A stretch of DNA of 64,000 nucleotides from Chiloscyllium plagiosum (lineage: Eukaryota). Both the position numbers and the translations under genes were made by a program. Below are positions 53,400 to 64,000 of the stretch, one piece after another. Each line of letters starts with the position of its first letter. Position 1 is the stretch's first letter. The stretch covers positions 84,257,586-84,321,585 of the forward strand of contig NC_057718.1 of assembly GCF_004010195.1 (NCBI RefSeq), given 5' to 3'. The notes below the pieces were generated by a model. It ran no database searches. It was not told where the DNA came from and saw nothing but the letters and a program-made list of their open reading frames with translations.

Positions 53400-56300
53400 C
53401 TTTTCAGAGGTGAATTGTAATGTCACAGGAAAACAGGTAGGTGATTGGTATGTGTTTCTTTTCTTTTGATTCGTCGAGGGGGTTTAAATCAGGAGACAAT
53501 ATTACAGCTGAAGAGTATAGTCAAGAAATTCTCTTCTAAAATATTTAACATTTAAACTAATTTGCTGGCAGGTGAGGTGGTGCAGCTGTAGAGTGTAGGA
53601 GCTGATGTATAATGATACATTCCACGGTGACCACATCTATAGCAATGTTGGCTGTTGGCTATTGGAGGAACTTTGAGTCAGAGTTCATGAGCTGGAGAGT
53701 GAGCTGCAGCCACTGCAACAGATTAGGGAGGGGGAAAAATTACCAGGATACTGTCTCAGGACACAGTCACACTCTTTAGATTAAGTGCATCAAATTTGGC
53801 CTGTAGTCAGGGACAGGAGGGTGTAACTGTGAGTGAGACAGGTATGGAGATCTAGAATTTAGCTTTGGAAGACACAGCCAATGCCCTTGTCCAACAGGTT
53901 CAAAATTCTTGTTCCTGGTGTGGATGAGCGAACTGACCATTGCACCATATTGTAGAGTGGCATTCAAGTGAGGAGTGAAAGGCACTGGGGTAGTACAATT
54001 AGTGGAATAGACTGTTCTCTGCAGCAAGGACAGAGTATCCCAAAGACTGTGCGCCTACTTAGTGCCATGATTCAGCACTTCTCCTTTGGGCTGGAGAGGA
54101 ACTTGGGAGGATTCAATTGTCATTATCCATGAAGGTACAATTGACATTAGTAGAACTAGGAAAGAGGTCCTGCTGAGGAATTTCAAGCATCTCAGAGCTA
54201 AATTAAAATACACATCCAAAAATGTTCATATTCAAAATTATTTCCTGAGCCTCATGCGAATTGCATAGAATAGGAAAGAATAGCAATTTATTGTCACTTG
54301 TGTTAAGAAAAATACAGTGAGATGTGCATAAAGGACCACAATTTAGGGCCATGTTAATTACAGAAATTTTAAAAATTGGGACCAAGTTAGCATTAAGTTC
54401 ATCTTTTGTTCCATTTACAACAATTTGGCTTTATGGAGTGGCTATGGGATGCTGCCAAAGCAAGGATTTCCAGCACACTACCACCACCGAAGCAGACACT
54501 AAAGCCATTACATTGCTGCCATAGCAAGGAGAGAGACACCAGACACAACAAGTTGCCGATGCTAAAGCCATCACCTCTTCAGTCACCACCCAAAGCTGCT
54601 ACATGAACACCACAGCCATGAAGAATGAATCAGAACCACCACACCTCCCACCAGGAGGAATGAACCAGACCTACCGCCTGAAGTCTTCAGTAAAGCCTCA
54701 GCCAGTATGGCCATGAGGACCTCCTGCATAGTGACCCCTCAATCTGGATCCACCACATGGCAGCAGTCCCTCGTAACCACCTTTCTCCACTGCAGCCAAA
54801 GGAAAGTTGAACTTTGATACCAAAGAGAAAAAAAACAGAAGAATGTGGCTGGCCAGGTGAGTGGGAGCATATAGGTACAGAGCCCAAGCACTTCCTAACC
54901 TGCTGTCGGTGCCATCTTGGAAAGAATATTCGGGAATAAATGTGTGGTCAAAGATTGGTCTAGGAGAAATGGGTTCTGATTCATGGGGGACTAATGCCAG
55001 TACTAGGCAGAGAGCTATTGTATTTTTTATATAAGCTTGGAGGTTTATTATAACATTTATGTCTTAGACACTATCAAATCAAAATACATCTGTACATTTG
55101 GTTGAAAATAAAGTACCCATTAAAAATAAATGTGATAGATGATACATGTATGTACAAAAAAAAACAAAAAATGATATTTCTTCCAAACGAAAGCCTTTGT
55201 TCCAGATCATTCTCTTTGTTTCCAAAAGAGAATTCTTGAACTTGTTAAGCAGTAATAGTTTGTACTGGCCCTGGAGCATGTTCAGATGAAGTTTATGAGA
55301 ATGGTCCCAAGAATGAAAAGCTTAATATATGAGAAACGTTTGAGGATTCTAGGTCTATTCTTGATGGAATTTAGAAGGATGAGGGGGGAAATTAATTAAA
55401 ACTTACAGAATACACATTGGGAAGATGTTTCCATTGACAGGAGAGACTAAGACCTGAGGGCACAGCCTCAGAGTAAAGCAAAGACCTTTAGAACAGAGAT
55501 AAGGAGAAACTTCTTCAGCAGCCAGAGAGTGGTGAATCTATGGAATTCATTGCCACAGAAGGCTGTGGAGGCCAGGTCATTGAGTATATTTAAGACTGAG
55601 ATAGATAGGTGGTTGTTTATCAAGATGATCAAGGGTTACAGGGAGAAAGCAGGAGAATGGGGTTGAGAAATGTATCAGCCACGATTGAATGGCAGAGCAG
55701 ATTCAATGGGTTGAATGGCCTAACTTCTGCTTGTATGTCTTATGGTCTAATAATCTTGTTGCTTTGAAGCTCGGTATGGTTCATGTGCTTTGTTTTCATC
55801 ATTCTTTGAGAGCATAGAGAAAGCATGCTGTCAGTTGAACTCTGGAAGAATTAGAGAGCTGTTCTATTGAACAGACCTCATCTGGAATCATGCTGGAACT
55901 GGTGTCCTGGCAAATAGTAGAACTAGCTTGTAGATTGGGATTTAAATTAATTAGTGAGGGGAAGTGAGAGAGCAGAGGTGCTAAGTAGTGAAGAAGTAAA
56001 CAATAATCAAAAGTGTGACAGGAAGGGTTTGACAATATGAGCAGAACAGTACAGCAAAAATTTCAACAGAGAAAGTAATATGTGAATGTACCTACTAGAG
56101 AAGGAGCAATACCTTCTTTTGGGAAATAAGGCAGGGCAAGTGACTGAGGTGTCAATGGTGAACACTTTGGGGCAAGTGATCATAATTCTATTAGTTTTAA
56201 AACAGTTATGGAAAAGGACAAACCTGATCTACAAGTTAAAGTTCTAAATTGGAGTACAGCCGATTTTTATGGTATGACACAGAAACTTCTAGATGTTGAT

Positions 56301-57775
56301 TATGGGGATGCCTTCAAAAATGAGATAAAAAACGTCCAGAGATCATGTGTTTGTTAGTGTAAAGGGCAAGGCTGGTAGGTGTATGGAATGCTGGTTGACT
56401 AGATAAATGGAGACTCTGCTCAAGAAAAAGGAGGCATATGTCAGGTACAGACAGCTGGGATTGAATGAATTCATGGAGTACAAGGGCAGTAAGAGTATAT
56501 CGACGAGGGAAATCAGTAGGGCAAAAGGGGATATGTGATAGCTTTGGCAAATAGAGTTAAGGAGAATCCAAAAAGGTTCTATAAATACTTTAAGGGAAAG
56601 AGTCAACATTTCAGGCAGAACCCTTCATCAGGACACCTGCTCCTCTGAACTGCTTGATCTGCTGTGTTTTCTCCTGCTCCATATTTTATCGACTCTGGTT
56701 ACTGCGGTTAGGTCACATGGCATCCAAAGGGAGCTCGTCGATTGGATACAAAATTGGCTTGAAGGTAGGAGACAGAGGGTAATGGTAGGTTGTTTTTCAG
56801 CCTCAAGGCTTGTGACCAGTGGTGTGTGACCAGATTCAGTGCTAGGTCCACTGCTCTTCATCATATATTTAAATGATTTAGATAGGAATATAGGAGATAT
56901 GGTTAGTAAGTTCACAGATAAAAGTAGGTGTTGTGGACAGTGAAAAAGATTATCTCAGAGTACAATGGGACCTTGATCAGATTGGCTGATGAAGTTTAAT
57001 TTAGATAAACATTAGGTGGGTTGTATTTTGGTGAGGCAAACCAGGAAGGACTTCCATCAGAGCCCTGGGCAGTGTGGCCAAAAAAAGAGACACCTGTGGA
57101 GAAGATACATAGTTCCTTGAAAGTAATCACAGGTACACAAGGATAGTGAAGGCAGCGTTTAGCACACTTGCCTCCATTGGTCATAACATTGAGTACAAGA
57201 GTTGGGATGTCATGTTGCAGTTGTATAGGACAGCGATGAAGCCACTTTTGGAATACTGTACTACATTCAATTCTGGTTGCCCTTCTACAGGATGTTACTC
57301 AACTTGAGAGGACACAGAAAAGACTTACAAGGCTGTTGCTAGCACTGAATGGTTTGAATTATAGGGAGATGCTGAATAGGCTGGGGCTTTTCTCCTTGTA
57401 GCATTGGAGGTTAAGGGGTGAACTTATAGAGGTTTATAAAATCATGAGAGGCATGGAGAGGGTGAATAACCAAGATCTTTTTCCTAGGGTGGGGGAGTTC
57501 AAAACTAGGGGGGAGAGGGGGGGGCATAGGTTTAAGGTGAGAGGGAAAGGACTTAAAAAAAGACCTAAGGGGCAGAAGGTGGTGCATGTCTAGAACAAAC
57601 TAGTGATGGAGGCTGGTACAATTACAACATTCAAAAGGCATAAGGATGGGTATATGAATAAAAAGGGTTTAGAGGGATATGGGCCAAATGCTGATAAATG
57701 GGCCTACATCAGATCGGGATATCTGGTCAGCGCAGATGAGTTAGACTGAACAGTCTGTTTCCATGCTATATGACT
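53400..57775 (+). mobile_element. Mosaic of CR1 fragments (ORF1 at about 53570-54270; tail at 55280-55750; ORF2 at 56090-57775) with small inserts
   Basis: ORF1-like cattatccatgaaggtacaattgacatt. ORF2 pieces are homologous to the 684-3300 element, for example gagttaaggagaatccaaaa and gtgctaggtccactgctcttc. Confidence 0.7.
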
Positions 57776-57892
57776 TGCTGTAAATAATACTTGGCCTTTC
57801 GGTTTTTCCTCATTGAAATATAATGAGCCATGTTGTGCGGCATCTGCCATGCGTTTGCCCATTCACTCAACATGTCTAAATCATCTTGAAGG

Positions 57893-57985
57893 TGATGAAG
57901 GGCTTATGCCCGAAACTTTGATTCTCCTACTCCACGGATGCTGCCTGACCTGCTGCGCTTTTCTGGCAACACACTTTTCAACTCT
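57893..57985 (+). mobile_element. PLE terminal fragment
   Basis: tgatgaagggcttatgcccgaaactttgattctcct...gatgctgcctgacctgctgcgcttttct. Confidence 0.8.
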
Positions 57986-59745
57986 ATCACCATGAAGCCT
58001 ACTTACAGCCTCCTCCCATATTGCTCACACTGGGACTGTTTCAAAATATAGTCTCTCTAAAGAGCAGAAAAAACACAGCAGAAAGTGTCTAAAGCTATGA
58101 GGGGCATGTTTTTAGCCCCAAGTGAAGGGTATGTATTCAATACTAGGGAACAATGTGAGAAAGAGTCTATAGATCAATACATAATGTATTTAACTCCACG
58201 TGCAGACCAGTGAATGTGTGCAATTAAAGGAGGAGTTCATTAGATGCAGGACTTATGTTTAAAAATAAGGGATTCAAAAATGACAGCCTGCCTATGGACA
58301 GAAGACAAACTTAGGAGAGCAACTGACAGAAGTACCAAAGTTGTGAATCAACAGACTGAGCAGACGCATGGCTGAGCAGACCAGTTCTTGCATTATGAAG
58401 ACAGATAGTTCAGGTACAGAGGGCAGAACAATCACAAAGCATGGGATGCAAGTACTGCAGAGGACATCAGACAAAAACAAAAACATATCTAGCATGAGGG
58501 AAGCAGTGTTCTCTTTCTACAAAAACTGAATAATCTTGCACACAGATATACAGCTAAAAAGAGTCACAACAAGCAGATACAGCTGGCCACTGAACAGATG
58601 GCAGCTAAAGATTCGGATGAATCAGTGTAGTCTATACGACAGGTTGATCCAGTCAAATCAAGAGGGAAGTTATGGTTTGTGACTTTTGGAACGATGAATT
58701 CAGAAGGAGAACATCAAGTCAACATAAAGTGTTAGATAAACACTGTTGCAAATCATGACTTTGACAGACCTATGCAAAGTGGCTCAACATAGCAAGCCAA
58801 ACATTGAAGCCCTTCAAAGTAAGATTAGGCTTTTTGATAACACCATACTCATTCCAACAGACTAGATTAATGAACTAGTAACTCTCAAGAGTGCTAAAAG
58901 AGATCTGCAACGTGTTGCAGTGCACTAAATTACAAACTATGAAACACATTCCAGATGAGTGCAAGAACGTGTCCATCTGCCATCAAGGCCAGGCTGAAAA
59001 ATAAGATACAAGAACTGGAAAAGATGGAAGCAAGCAAGAAAGTGATGACTCCCACTGAATATCAACACAGCAGCAATGAAATGACCTAGCAAACAGTGAA
59101 TGCATCAATCCATAGAATCCAAATGAAGTCTTGAAGAGATTGCAATTCCCTCCAGTCAACTATTGAAGCAATTTTGCCACAACTTGGAGACAAACACTTT
59201 TGCTAGCCTAAAGCAAAGGATGGTTACTGGCAAGTAACACTGGATGAAAGCCGTCCTTTTCTAACCACATTCTGCACACTCTTTGGGAGATGCAGATGGT
59301 TGCAAATGTCATTTGGCATTTCCATTGCTCTAGAAGAATATCAACACAGGCAACACAAGGGAGGCAGCGAATTTCCTGGAGTGGAAGCTATATTGGATGA
59401 TCTGCTAGTTTATGGATGGAGACACAATGGTAAAAGATATTTCTGACAGCGATCAAAACCTAGTGTGTGACTGATTGACAGAGCTCACTAGGTGATACTG
59501 AAGTTGAAGAAGAAAAAAAATTACTTTACAAGATGCCGGAAATCTTGTAGATAGGCCATATACTGACAGCAAAAGGTATCTGACTAGATTCGGAAAAAGT
59601 GGACGCAGCAACCAACAGACGTAAAGGCGGTGCTATGATTCGTCAACTATATGGCAAAATTCTTGGCCAATTTGTCATTGGAGTGTGAACCATTATATAA
59701 GCCCTGAGCCAAGGACCTGCAGTGGTACTGAGGCACAGACACAGA

Positions 59746-61110
59746 TTCTGGATTAGTTGTGCTAGAAAAGCACAGCAGTTCAGGCAGCATCTGAGAAGCA
59801 GTAAAATCGACATTTCAGGCAAAAGCCCTTCATCAGGAATACAGGTATAGTGCCTGAAGGGTGGAGAGATAAATGAGAGGAGGGTGGGGGTGGGGAGAAA
59901 GTAGCATAGAGTACAATAGGTGAGNNNNNNNNNNNNNNNNNNNNNNNNNNNNNNNNNNNNNNNNNNNNNNNNNNNNNNNNNNNNNNNNNNNNNNNNNNNN
60001 NNNNNNNNNNNNNNNNNNNNNNNNNNNNNNNNNNNNNNNNNNNNNNNNNNNNNNNNNNNNNNNNNNNNNNNNNNNNNNNNNNNNNNNNNNNNNNNNNNNN
60101 NNNNNNNNNNNNNNNNNNNNNNNNNNNNNNNNNNNNNNNNNNNNNNNNNNNNNNNNNNNNNNNNNNNNNNNNNNNNNNNNNNNNNNNNNNNNNNNNNNNN
60201 NNNNNNNNNNNNNNNNNNNNNNNNNNNNNNNNNNNNNNNNNNNNNNNNNNNNNNNNNNNNNNNNNNNNNNNNNNNNNNNNNNNNNNNNNNNNNNNNNNNN
60301 NNNNNNNNNNNNNNNNNNNNNNNNNNNNNNNNNNNNNNNNNNNNNNNNNNNNNNNNNNNNNNNNNNNNGGGGAATATATCCCTGGTGGTGGGGTCTGTTT
60401 GGAGGTGGCGGGAATGTCGGCGGATGATTTGGTTTATGCGAAGGTTGGTAGGGTGGAAGGTGGGCACCAGGGGCGTTCTGTCCTTGTTGTGGTTGGAGGG
60501 GTTGGGTCTGAGGGCGGGGGTGCGGGATGTGGATGAGATGCGTTGGAGGGCATCTTTGACCACGTGGGAAGGGAAATTGCGGTCTCTAGAGAAGGAGGCC
60601 ATCTGGTGTGTTCTATGGTGGAACCGCTCCTCCTGGGAGTTGATACGGCGGAGGCGGAGGAATTGGGAATACGGGATGGCATTTTTGCAGGAGGTAGGGT
60701 GGGAAGAGGTGTAATCCAGGTAGCTGTGGGAGTCGGTGGGTTTGTAGAAAATGTCAGTGTCAAGTCGGTCATCATTAATGGAGATGGAGAGGTCCAGGAA
60801 GGGGAGGGAGGTGTCAGAGATGGTCCAGGTAAATTTAAGGTCAGGGTGGAATGTGTTGGTGAAGTTGATGAATTGCTTAACCTCTTCACGGGAGCATGAG
60901 GTGGCGCCAATGCAGTCATCAATGTAGCGGAGGAAGAGGTGGGGAGTGGTGCCGGTGTAATTACGGAAGATGGACCGTTCTGCGTAGCCAACAAAGAGAC
61001 AGGCATAGCTGGGGCCCATACGGGTGCCCATGGCTACCCCTTTGGTCTGGAGGAAGTGGGAGGATTCGAAGGAGAAATTGTTAAGGGTGAGGACCAGTTC
61101 GGCCAAACGA
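59746..61110 (-). mobile_element. 5'-truncated Penelope-like element (RT; GIY-YIG region falls in the gap)
   Basis: FLQTKGVAMGTRMGPSYACLF, FLRYIDDCIG, LPFLDL and YKPTDSHSYL. 7-bp direct repeat acacaga at 59739-59745 and 61111-61117. Confidence 0.92.
59925..60368. other. Assembly gap (444 N)
   Basis: Run of N. Confidence 1.
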
Positions 61111-61465
61111 ACACAGAGCACCATTCAATAAAATCAAGTAGTGATAGCAATGCCAATGCTGAAAAACTACAACATAATTTATGAAGTAAAACTGTGGTGT
61201 GCTGCCAGCGAGACTGGACTTTGTGCAACCAGCATTTGAATCCAGGGTGCTAATACAAGCAGAGAGGCATTATGACCAGATTAAGCAAAAGTGCCTAGCC
61301 ATTGATTTTGCTTTGTGCACATTTTCACCAACACCTAATTGGGAGAGAGAGAAAGTGACAATCAAGTCCAACCACAAGACACTTTAAAGCATTTTGCTCA
61401 AGCCGCTACCTACTCCAAAAATATTACTCTGATTATAGAGCTACTACTTGGATGTGACACACAAG

Positions 61466-61610
61466 TGTTATGGACCAGACCAAACCCCCTCAAAATATAT
61501 TAAACAGATAGTCTAGACTCTAATGTTTTCTTATTTTAAAAAGATAAGTGTAAGGCTTTGTGTTCCAGATGCAATTCTATCAGTCAAACTACCATGCTTG
61601 AGACAAAAAT
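61466..61610. mobile_element. Partial copy of the 45875 LTR-like repeat nested in the Gypsy remnant
   Basis: tgttatggaccagaccaaaccccctcaaaa versus tgttatggaccaaaccagaccccctcaaaa. Confidence 0.65.
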
Positions 61611-62124
61611 ACACTGTACATGAAGTAGCAACTCGCCATGCACTGGAAGTAATTAACTCGCCAAGACACTGAATCTAATCGTAAAGTTCTTTTTCAAATC
61701 AAGCAAATTATCCAAGACGCACACCTCCGAGGGGTGTAAAAAGTCAAGGTGAAGGGCTGGCCCGAGAGCATCAAGGACAAACCTGTTGCTGTAACAGCAT
61801 ATTAGGCAGACAGAAGTGAATTGAAAGGTCAGAGTGGCATACCATGCAAAGGAAATATAGCCATTATCCTGAAGGAGTTGAGAGGAGAAATGCAAAAGTG
61901 CGTCCATGACAGCCTCAGGAATTAAGTCAAGTCTGAGAAAGACATGAGATGTGCTCTATTGGCCAAAAATGAAGGCATTGAAGTTGGAGACCACATCAGC
62001 CAGTGAAGTACTTGTAATGGGAACCACACTAAACAAACTAGACAGCTACTGAGGGCACATGACATCCCAGACAGACCATGGATGAACAGGTGGTTTCATC
62101 CTAGTTTTTGGCTTATGGGTATAC

Positions 62125-63299
62125 CCCCCACCTTTTCCTCCGCTACATCGATGACTGTATCGGCGCTGCCTCATGCTCCCACGAGGAGGTTGAACAGTTC
62201 ATCCACTTTACCAACACCTTCCACCCCGACCTCAAATTCACTTGGACCGTCTCAGACTCCTCCCTCCCCTTCCTAGACCTTTCCATTTCTATCTCGGGCG
62301 ACCGAATCAACACGGACATTTACTATAAACCGACCGACTCCCACAGCTACCTAGACTATACCTCCTCCCACCCTGCCCCCTGTAAAAATGCCATCCAATA
62401 CTCCCAATTCCTTCGTCTCCGCTGCATCTGCTCCCAGGAGGACCAGTTCCAAATCCGTACAACCCAGATGGACTCCTTCTTCAAGGATCTCAATTCCCCC
62501 CCAGACGTAGTCGACGATGCCCTCCACCGCATCTCTTCCACTTCCCGCTCCTCCGCCCTTGAGCCCCGCCCCTCCAACCGCCACCAGGACAGAACCCCAC
62601 TGGTCCTCACCTACCACCCCACCAACCTCCATGTATAACACATCATCCGCCGTCACTTCCGCCACCTCCAAACAGACCCCAGCACCAAGGATATATTTCC
62701 CTCCCCTCCCCTATCAGCTTTCCGTAGAGACCACTCCCTCCGCGACTCCCTTGTCAGATCCACACCCCCCACCGACCCAACCACCACTCCCGGCACCTTC
62801 CCTTGCAACCGCAGGAGGTGCAACACTTGCGCCCACACCTCCCCCCTCACTCCTCTCCAAGGCCCAAAAGGAAACTCCCATATCCGCCACAGATTCACCT
62901 GCACCTCCACCCACATCATCTACTGCATCCGCTGCAGCCGGTGTGGCCTCCTCTATATTGGGGAGACAGGCCGCCTACTCGCGGAGCGACTCAGAGAGCA
63001 CCTCTGGGCCACCCGGACGAACCAACCCAACCAACCTGTAGCACAGCATCTCAACTCCCCCTCCCACTCCACCGAGGATATGCAGGTCATTGGACTCAGG
63101 CCTATCACCCTCACCTTGACCTCCTTCCACCTATCGCATTTCCAATGCCCCACCCCCAAGTCCCTCCTCCCTACCTTTTATCTTAGCCTGCTGGGCACAC
63201 TTTCCTCATTCCTGAAGAAGGGCTTATGCCCGAAACGTCGATTCTCCTGTTCCTTGGATGCTGCCTGACCTGCTGCGCTTTTCCAGCAACACATTTTCA
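62125..63299 (+). mobile_element. 5'-truncated Penelope-like element: RT C-half, GIY-YIG endonuclease and 3' terminus
   Basis: FLRYIDDCIG...YKPTDSHSYL, one in-frame TAA at 62636-62638, then same-frame PCNRRRCNTC and IIYCIRCSRCGLLYIGETGRLLAERLREH. 14-bp TSD gcttatgggtatac at 62111-62124 and 63300-63313. Confidence 0.93.
63212..63239 (+). ncRNA. Minimal hammerhead ribozyme-like motif in the PLE 3' end
   Basis: CUGAAGA-A-GGGC(UUAU)GCCC-GAAA-CGUC: core boxes, 4-bp stem II, palindromic ACGU in place of stem III and a GUC triplet. Stem I pairing is weak. Confidence 0.6.
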
Positions 63300-63344
63300 G
63301 CTTATGGGTATACTTAGCTTTTAAAGAACCACACCTCTTAAAAC

Positions 63345-63675
63345 ACAACAGGACTGGTGCACAAAATTCCAGAATGACACCAGTGAGGGAGTGCTGCAAT
63401 GTTTGTGGTACCATCTTTCAGATGGGATGTTACATTAGACCCTGTCTGCTTCTCTCAGGAGAAAAACTCATAGTACTCTTTCCAAAATGAGATACCAATA
63501 TCTTTATCAACAAAACACTGACCATTATCATCTTATATTTGCTTTAAGAACTGTGGGAGTTTGCTGTCTGCAAATTGTCTCCCCATGCACAACAACAGGA
63601 CCACAATTCAAAAGAAAACTAAGTGATTGTAAAGCAGTCTGAGACATCTTTCAGTCATTAAAAAATCTCCTATCA
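63345..63675 (+). mobile_element. Deu-domain SINE remnant
   Basis: gagggagtgctgca...catctttcagatgggatgtta...ctgtgggagtttgctgtctgcaaattg...gattgtaaagcagtctgagaca. Confidence 0.6.
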
Positions 63676-64000
63676 CTGCATTGGAACAGGATATAAATGC
63701 CAAGGATTTCATTCCTGTGCACCCACTGTTGCTACCTCCCTGTGCTGCCCCACTTACAACTACCCTACTTTCCACATCATTCTCCCATTCAGTTCAGTCA
63801 CTGCTCACTGTTCTGTTCTCTTCACTCACTGCTCAGCTTGCCACCTGGCTTGACAGCAGGGCAGCGAGAAGAGCAAAAAGGTGGATGTTAGCAGGACAGT
63901 GAGTGAGCTGGGAAATATGGCAGTGAGGGATTGGGAAGGGGACCAGCAATTGATCTTTCGTACATGCTGTGGCATCACAGATGCTGTTTCAGTGGCAGCA

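Larger units (their letters stand above)
58000..62095 (+). mobile_element. Degenerate Gypsy/Ty3 LTR retrotransposon gag-pol, interrupted by younger inserts
   Basis: RT motifs GYWQVTLDES (59222), LTTFCTLFGRCRWLQMSFGISIALEEYQ and VEAILDDLLVYG (about 59381-59416). RNase H-like AERHYDQIKQKCLAI (about 61259). Integrase N-terminal-like VLYWPKM and HDIPDRPW (about 61950-62081). The RT-RH-IN order is Gypsy-type. Confidence 0.8.

Noticed and set aside
59643..61124. 493-aa ORF
   Set aside because: It is inflated by 444 Ns and runs past both element ends. Only the PLE RT portion is meaningful.
60434..63186. Pro/Ser/Thr-rich and Gly-rich ORFs overlapping the PLEs
   Set aside because: These are alternative-frame readings of C-rich PLE coding sequence.

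Overview
Vertebrate nuclear DNA, most likely from a cartilaginous fish (shark). This is inferred from the repeat content: HE1/V-SINE-type and Deu-domain SINEs, abundant CR1 LINEs and Penelope-like elements (PLEs). Two host genes face away from a CpG-rich promoter at about 18.4-19.35 kb. On the minus strand is an intact, single-exon-CDS but divergent ARF6-like small GTPase (11161-11691). On the plus strand is a complete SRSF7 (9G8) gene with 9 coding exons (18804-46857, 732-nt CDS, 243 aa), including the conserved poison cassette exon in intron 3 (36099-36557). The rest is transposon debris: CR1, Tx1, L2, Gypsy, PLEs with hammerhead-ribozyme-like motifs, and SINEs, plus one 444-N gap. Best leads: (1) a UUG in ideal Kozak context inside the poison exon that opens an RS-domain-only split ORF; (2) the ARF6-like gene as a probable whole-genome-duplication paralogue absent from mammals; (3) an apparently extra RS exon in SRSF7; (4) hammerhead-type motifs and long hairpins from PLEs. 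Comparisons to human sequences are from memory and need alignment. Boundaries of degenerate repeats are approximate.
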